NCBI GenBank assembly: GCA_964016885.1
Contig: OZ024740.1
Span: 33,914,001 to 33,978,000, forward strand
DNA: 64,000 nucleotides
Reading direction: 5' to 3'
Origin: Eledone cirrhosa
Taxonomy: Eukaryota
The position numbers and the translations under genes are program-made. Below, in pieces: positions 56,651 through 64,000 of the stretch (positions within the stretch are counted from its first letter, which is position 1; each line of letters begins with the position of its first letter). The notes below the pieces were generated by a model. That model made no database searches. It worked only from the letters and a program-made list of their open reading frames with translations, and was not told the DNA's origin.

Positions 56651-57269
56651 ATTATTAAATTTAAACTTAACAACGAAACAAACATTTTCAAATCAAGTTG
56701 TTTGGATATAAAAAGATATCTTTACTCGTAGTTTTCGATTTCATTTAACCGAGATTATTCAAATTGTCAACTTTTTTTTCGTTGCCTTTAAACATTATGT
56801 TCATATATGTCTTTGGTAAATTGTAAAAAGACAATAATAAGCAATTTTGGGACATTTAAAAGAAATGACTGCCCCCCCCCCCCCCCTGAAAAGTATGCTT
56901 TTTCGTTGTAAATCTTTTTTTAAAAATTAAAACAACAAAAATTAAATCAACAAATTAAAGATTTATTTCTGAAAATATTGTTCCGAATGATTTAGTTTTG
57001 AATTTTTATCGACATTAGCCAATAAATTAATTAAACAAGGCGAGACAGTCGGGAGGAAAAAAAAATTCTTGCCTAAGGCTTCAATAAGATTTGAAAATTC
57101 CATTCAAATTTATTTTATTTTGGGTTTTTTCCTTCACTCTAATCCCTTTAATTTTATTGTCTTATTTTATATAGAAAAAGTCAAACATCCACAAGATAAT
57201 TTACCTAACACAGCAGTTAACAAAAAGAAAAAAACAACTTTTTTTTACTGTTAATTTATTTGTGAATAG

Positions 57270-58440
57270 TAAAAAAAAGGGGGACTATCGGACTCCCAAT
57301 AATAAATTTGGTTTAAAAAAAGGGGACTATCGGGCTCCCAATAATAAATTTATCTTAAAAGAGGGGACTATTGAAGGTCCCAATAGTTTATTTGGCGATA
57401 TCCAATTTTAGCTGCCTAAATGCCGCTTACTTGCTGCAGTTGCTGCTTACTTCAATGTATGAGGCAAATTTACATTCCCCCCTTTTTTAGCCGTTAAAAG
57501 AAATATAGATTTATTTATTTACATTCCCCCTTTTTTTAGCCGTTAAAAGAAATATAGATTTATTTATTTATTTTTTTGTGATTTATTTGCCACTGGGGCA
57601 TAGATTTCTTTATTTGCCCCTTTTTTGTTTGTTTGTTTTTTGGCGATTTATTAAGCCTTTTGGGGTCACACACCCCCGTAGAAAGTGTGCGACCTTTCTG
57701 CCAGGGAGTACAGAGAGAGGGGGTGCTCCCTTCTCTTACCTGTACAAGCCGATATAGAGAGATGGCCCACTTACACGGGCCATTATTGCTACTTTCACCC
57801 GAAAAAGGCACTCAGTCCCAGCCAATTCCATGAAAGATGGGTAAAAGTAGCAATAATGGCCCGTGTAAGTGGGCCATCTCTCTATATCGGCTTGTACAGG
57901 TAAGAGAAGAAGGGAGCACCCCCCCTCTCTCTGTACTCCCTGGCAGAAAGGTCGCACACTTTCTACGGGGGCGTGTGTGACCCCAAAAGGCTAATGAATC
58001 GCAAAAAAACAAACAAACAAAAAAAGGGGCAAATAAAGAAATCTATGCCCCAGTGGCAAATAAATCGCAAAAAAAAAAAAAAATAAATAAATCTATATTT
58101 CTTTTAACGGCTAAAAAAAAGGGGAATGTAAATTTGTTGGAATAGCCTCATACATTGAAGTAAGCAGCAAGTAAGCGGCATTTAGACAGCTAAAATTGGA
58201 TATCGTTTATTTAGCTTTAAAAAAAGGGGACTATGGTGGACCCAATCATTAGCTTTAAAAAAGAGGACTATTGGATGTCTCAATCATTTAAATTAAAAAG
58301 TGGGGACTATTGGGGTCTTTATCATTTATTTAGCTTAAAAAAAGGGGACTCATGGAAGTCCCAATCATTTATTAAGCTTAAATAAAGGGTCTATTTGAGG
58401 TCCCAATCGTTTATTTAGCTTAAAAAGGGAGTCTCAATTA
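57270..58440. repeat. ~40-bp degenerate minisatellite split by a palindromic insertion
   Basis: Unit approximately ttatttagcttaaaaaaaggggactattggaggtcccaatc. Three copies at 57270-57395 and about 6 at 58206-58440, all in the same orientation. Confidence 0.75.
57396..58205. repeat. ~810-bp palindrome containing two inverted Tx1 LINE 3' ends
   Basis: Arms 57396-57800 and 57839-58205 with a 38-bp spacer. Spacer plus right arm encode KKALSPSQFHERWVKVAIMARVSGPSLYIGLYR*. Confidence 0.92.
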
Positions 58441-58444
58441 TTTA

Positions 58445-58749
58445 CACTTGGGTCTCGAATAATTGCCGCCTCCGTTCTTATCCCCCCCTCCACTTATTAA
58501 ATTTTGCTTATCTATCTGGCGAAATTTTAAGTGATAGCATTCCTGTTGTAATTAATTTTCTTTAGACATTAAAAATGGCAAAAAAAGAACATTACAAGAA
58601 ATCCCATATGTTATGAAATTAATAGGATGGGTTGGAGTCTCAATATGTAAACTAAACGATTAATTCTGGTTTTTAAAAAAATCAAAGGAGACAACCTAGA
58701 AAAATTATCGATTTTCTAATCCCCTCCCCTATTATTTGGGACCCGAGAG
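58445..58749. mobile_element. Tc1/mariner-type MITE
   Basis: TA flanks with imperfect TIRs cacttgggtctcgaataat / attatttgggacccgagag. Confidence 0.6.
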
Positions 58750-59274
58750 TATTTATAAACAAAAATACTTACAAGACAACATGAATTTAGCTTTTTATTT
58801 TTACTCAATGCGAATTTTAGATTAAATCTAATTTGAAATTACTTCAATATCCAAGTCATAAGCCGTGACTTATACAAGGTGATTTAATAAAATCAAAACT
58901 AAAATAATTGCCCTCGATAAAGAGCCGCGGGAGCTCAGTTAAAGAGGACCTCTGCTCTATATTTTACTATTGAAATATTCTCTAGTTTGGATTGTTACTT
59001 GTTACCTCTTTGTGTTCTTAAAATACAATATTTTATTAAAAGAACTTCGGAGTCCTACAAAATATAATTACATGCTTTCTAGTTTTAAAATTTGATAACA
59101 AAGGAAAACAAATTGCTCAGAAACGAACTACATATCTTCCACACAGAAATAGGGTTAAAAACCACAAACTATGTAAACTCAACAATGTTTGGTATTGAGC
59201 AGCAACAAGCATAATGTGATAGTTCAATAACCAATACTACACCAGAAATATTGTGATAGTTTTATAACCAATAT

Positions 59275-60170
59275 CATGGAAACAGAAGTTGGAATCAAGA
59301 GGACTGAGAGTGAACATAGCTAAGACAAAAGTGTTGATAAGTAGAAGAGAGGACAATACTCTGATTCCATCAAGGAAATGGCCATGTTAGATATGTAGAA
59401 AAGGAACTGGCATAAATTCCATAAAATGTACGCAATGCAGATCTTGGGTACACGAGATCTAGTGGGATAACAGGTAGGGAAAACTATGTATGCAGTAGAT
59501 GTACAGGGAAAGTTGGCAGTAGTAATCGCATTTTTCCAATTTTTTCACATTTTTCCAATGCAGGTGGGTTCTAAAGAAGTGATTGATAGCTTCCCTTACC
59601 TAGGTGATCAGATTAACATGGGATGGGAGTGTTCCGAGGCCATATTATCTAGTATAAGGACGAGTTGGAAGAAGTTTAGGGAGCTGCTTCCTCTGTTGAC
59701 AAAGAAGGGTTTCTCCCTGCGTACGAAAGGACGGTTATATGATGCCTGCGTGGTAGTGAGACATGGGCAGCAACTGCAGAGGATATGTGACAGCTGGAGA
59801 GAGATGGGGCAGGCATGCTCCATTGGATGTGCAATGTCGATGTGCGTGAACGACCAAGCATAAACGAGTTGAGAAAGAAACTGGGTATAAGAGGGATAGG
59901 TTGTGGTGTGCAGGAGAGAAGACTGAGATGGTATGGGCATGTGGTGCGCATGGAGGATGACCGCTGGGTAAAGAAATGCCAGTAGAAGGAAGACACAGTA
60001 GAGGAAGACTACGAAAGGCATGGGCGGAGGTGGTGAGAGCAGACCTCAGATCGCTGAAGCTCACAGTGGAGATGACGAAGGACCGTGACAAGTGGAGAGA
60101 TGCTGTGCTGAATAGGACCCGTCCCACCCTTGCAAGCTGGGAAAAGCGGGCGTAAAATGATGATGATTGA
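59275..60170 (+). mobile_element. 5'-truncated RTE LINE
   Basis: Homologous to the last third of the 60708-62135 ORF (WKQKLESRGL.., WKKFRELLPLL, RLRWYGHV), ending in (ATG)n. Confidence 0.9.
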
Positions 60171-60681
60171 TCACTTTTTTCTTATGTACAACATATATAT
60201 AGTATATGCTTTCATATACACCTTTATTATGCTAAACACTGTCTTAGTGCTATTGCCAATTAATTATAACCAGCCAAGTTTGTACTATATGCAAATGAGC
60301 ATTTCCAGCTGATGTTTTTTATTTGCTATATGCAAATGAGCATTTCCAGCAAATGCCCGTTATGCAAAATCTATATTGACTCATCTTCTTTTCCTCTCAC
60401 TATCAGTTGAGTGAATGTCACTGATTTAATGGTGAAAGATTAACGAATTTTGAAATAGCTCTTTCTGGCATTCTCGACAGCTACTGTGATATCTGTGACA
60501 AGTTCACGGAGCAAAAGAGAGAAAAATAAATTTTCTTTGATAGGGAGGCTACCATATGTTTATTGTATATAAACATATAGTATATACTTTCATATACACC
60601 TCTATTGTGGTTAAGACTGCTACTAACATATCATCTACTGCCACAAACCACTTAGCTACCACCTTTTTTTCCTATGTACAT

Positions 60682-63600
60682 TCATCATCATCATCATCAT
60701 CATCATTTTACGTCCGCTCTTCCCTGCTCGCAAGGGTGGGATGGGTCTTATTCAGCACAGCATCTCTCCACTCGTCACGGTCCTTTGTCATCTCCACAGT
60801 GAGCTTCGACGATCTGAGGTCGGTTCTCACCACCTCCGTCGATGTTTTTCGTGGTCTACCTCTACCACGTCTTCCTTCAACTGGCATTTCCTGGCACTTC
60901 TTCACCCATCGGTCATCCTCCATGCGCATCACATGTCCATACCACCTCAGTCTCCTCTCCCGTACACTACATTCTATCCCTCTCAGACACAGTTTCTCTC
61001 TCAACACATTCATGCTGGGTCGTTCACGCACATTGACATTGTACATCCAACGGAGCATGCTTGCCTCATTTCTCTCCAGCTGTCGCATATCCTCTGCAGT
61101 TGCTGCCCATGTCTCACTACCATGCAGCATCGCGCTCCTCACACAGGCATCATACAACCGGCCTTTTGTACGCAGGGAGAAACCCTTCTTCGTCAGCAGA
61201 GGAAGCAGCTCCCTAAACTTCTTCCAACCCGTCCTTATTTTAGATACTATGGCCTCGGAACACCCTCCTCCCATGCTAATCTGATCTCCTAGGTACCGGA
61301 AGCTATCCACCACTTCTATAGCACTCTCCTGCATTTGAAAAATGTGTCTATCAATGTGACTTCTACTGTCTAATTTCCCTGTACATCTACTGCATACATA
61401 TTTCTCCCTACCTGTTAGTTTGCCTGCTATCTCGCTACATCTCTTGTGTACCCAGGATCTGCATTGTGTGCATTTTATAGAATTTATGCCAGTTCCTTTT
61501 CTGCATATCGAACATAGCCATTTCCCTGATGGAATCAAAGTTTTGTCCTCTTTTCTACTCATCAACACTTTTGTCTTAGCTAGATTTACTTTCAGTCCTC
61601 TTGCTTCCAACTGCTGTTTCCATAGCCAGAATTTATTCTCTAGCTCCTCTACTGATTCTGCTATAAGAACCAGATCGTCAGCATAGAGAAGTTCCCATGG
61701 ACAGCCAGTCTTAAACTCCTCTGTTATGGCTTGGAGGACTATAATGAACAAGAGCGGGCTGAGGATCGAACCTTGATGTACTCCTACTTGTATCTGGAAT
61801 TCCTCACTAAATTCCATTCCTACCCTCACTTTACTGACAGCACCTCTGTACAAAACTTGCACTGTCCTCACAAGCCATTCCTCAACACCTAGTTTCCTTA
61901 GGGACCACCAGATGACAGATCGGGGTACCCTATCAAAGACCTTCTCTAGGTCAACAAAGGCTAAGTATAGTGGCTTATTCTTCTCTAAGAACCTCTCTTG
62001 CAATTGTCTCACCAAGAAGAAGGCATCTGTTGTACTCTTTCCAGGCACAAAACCAAACTGCATCTCATTTAGTTTGACCCTTTCTCTAATTAGTTGTGCT
62101 AAAATCCTTTCTGCCACTTTCATAATCTGATCCATCAGTTTTATACCCCTATAATTGCTCCTCTCCAGAGCATCCCTTTACTTTTGTAGCAATTTATGAG
62201 AATACTGTTGCACCAGTCTTTGGGTATGACACCACCATATATAGCCTGATTGATGATGCGTGCAACCAGTTTAGTGCCTACGTCCCCTGATGCCTTCAGC
62301 ATCTCAGCAACTATTCCCGATGGTCCAGCAGCCTTACCATTTTTCATTTCCCTAATCGCCTCTTGGACCCTATATTCGTCAATCTCAATAGCTGGTCCCT
62401 CTGTCGGATCTACTAAGGGTAATTTCTCTCTCTTCCATTCGTTCTCCACATTCATAAGTCTTTCATAATGACATTTCCAGGCCTCCTTTTTCTGATCATT
62501 CGTGACACTAAGTACACCGGCATCATCCCGGACACATCTCCAACAACATCCTGATTTGCATTGACACACTGCCTTGCAATGTGGGACACCGCACACCTCT
62601 GATCTTCCCATCGCAGAACATTGACAAACCTCCTACTCTCAGCCTCCCTGCGTGCTAAGTACACCTGACGTCTAGCTTCTCTCTTAGCGGCTGTATATTC
62701 TTCCCTACTCCCATCCTTTTTCCAAGCCTTCCATGCTAGTCTTTTGTCTCTAATGGCTTTATCTACTTTGCTGTTCCACCACCAGGTCACTCTCTGTCTG
62801 GTTGGAGCTCTGCTCCAGCCACAAGTTTCATCAGTAGCCTGCAGCAAGTTGTCACGTAAGAAATTCCAGTTATTATCTATGTCATACGTCTCTAAATCGT
62901 CTTCTTTTTCGTCATATACATCTTGAAGGGCTTTCCTAAATTTGTATTTTAGTGAAAGGTCTTTTAGCTTCCAGACCTTTCTTCTCCACACCGTCCTGTA
63001 TGACTCATTCCATCTCTTGCTTACTGAGATATCACTAACGACTAACCTATGCTGTGGGGTACATTCTTCCCCAGGGTATGCCTTGGTATTAGATACTATC
63101 TACCTGTCCTACTGCCTAACTAGTAAGAAGTCAATCTGGCTTATATGCTCGCCAGATTTGTAGGTTATTAGGTGATTGGCAGATTTCTGGAAGTTTGTGT
63201 TGCAAATAGTCAGTGTACTTGCATCACAAAATTCAAGAAGTCTCACTCCTTCTTCATTTCTTGAGCCGTAACCGTGCCCACCATGCACCCCAGTGTAACC
63301 ATCCTGGAGCTGTCCAACATGACCATTGAAGTGCCCTGCTAGTATAACGATGTCTCCGTCCTCTGTCATTGCGGTTGTTCGTAAAAGTTGCTCGTAAAAG
63401 CAGTCTTTCTCATCTTTGCCTAGGCCTGCTTGGGGAACATAGGCAGAGATGATTGTCAGTAGTCTCCTGCCTACAACTAATCTAAGTTTAATTATTCGAT
63501 TACTAACGAACTACCTCTATTGTCTTATTGATCCATTTCTTAGCCAGGAAAATGTCTACTCCCCCTAACCCATCATCCTTACCTACCCAGAAAAGCTTAT

Positions 63601-63950
63601 AGCTAAGATGTTTGCCTATGACTAGTCGCAGAGGCACCTCTCCATCTCACCCCTTGCACGCAGCACACATCCACATGCCTTCTCTCCAGCATCTCCGCTA
63701 TTTCAGCAGATCTACCTCTGAGAGTGCCAACATTAAGTGTTGCAACTCTGAGACGCGACGTCTTCATATTTTGTTGTTGTTCCTATTTGTTGCTGTGCTG
63801 ATGAGCGTTTTGGCATTGATACACTGGTTGGATACCCTTCCTAACACCAGCGCCACTTTACAGCATGGACTGGGTGCTTTTATTTGTGCCACCAGCACTA
63901 GAGAGGATGTCTTACTAGACTCAAGGGCCCTCTCTACCTCTCCATTTTAC
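60682..63950 (-). mobile_element. Near-full-length RTE-clade LINE (APE-RT), frameshifted
   Basis: ATG at 63767 (MKTSRLRVATLNVGTL..), GHFNGH, QIDF, TWWWN, KAAGP, QFGF, FVDLEK, GVHQGS, LLYADD, RLRWYGHV. (ATG)n tail at 60682-60705. Confidence 0.93.
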
Positions 63951-64000
63951 AGCATGGTCATAAAAAAAACCATATATATACATATATACACACATACATA

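Overview
Eukaryotic, AT-rich, repeat-dominated window. The SINE, RTE and microsatellite repertoire suggests an octopod cephalopod (inference). Bases 1-~23,020 are one 40-bp tandem satellite with layered higher-order structure. Just past it, two minus-strand coding exons (25920-26014, 23646-23792) splice in frame to a TPR peptide resembling the Rpl4 assembly chaperone Acl4. The gene has not ended, so the satellite probably lies in an intron, and on that strand every monomer reads ATG|GTAAGA. The rest is a transposon graveyard: a near-full-length Tx1/L1-type LINE in an (ATT)n tract, about 10 tRNA-derived SINEs with Tx1-like tails and ATTATT-starting TSDs, two degraded CRE-type elements (one with an N-terminal PHD finger), two RTE LINEs with a PHD finger after the RT core, a Penelope (Naiad-like) element, hammerhead-bearing foldback hairpins in (TA)n, a solo LTR, several MITEs, and an ~810-bp palindrome built around a Tx1 3' end. 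Everything was read by eye with no database searches, and many boundaries are approximate.
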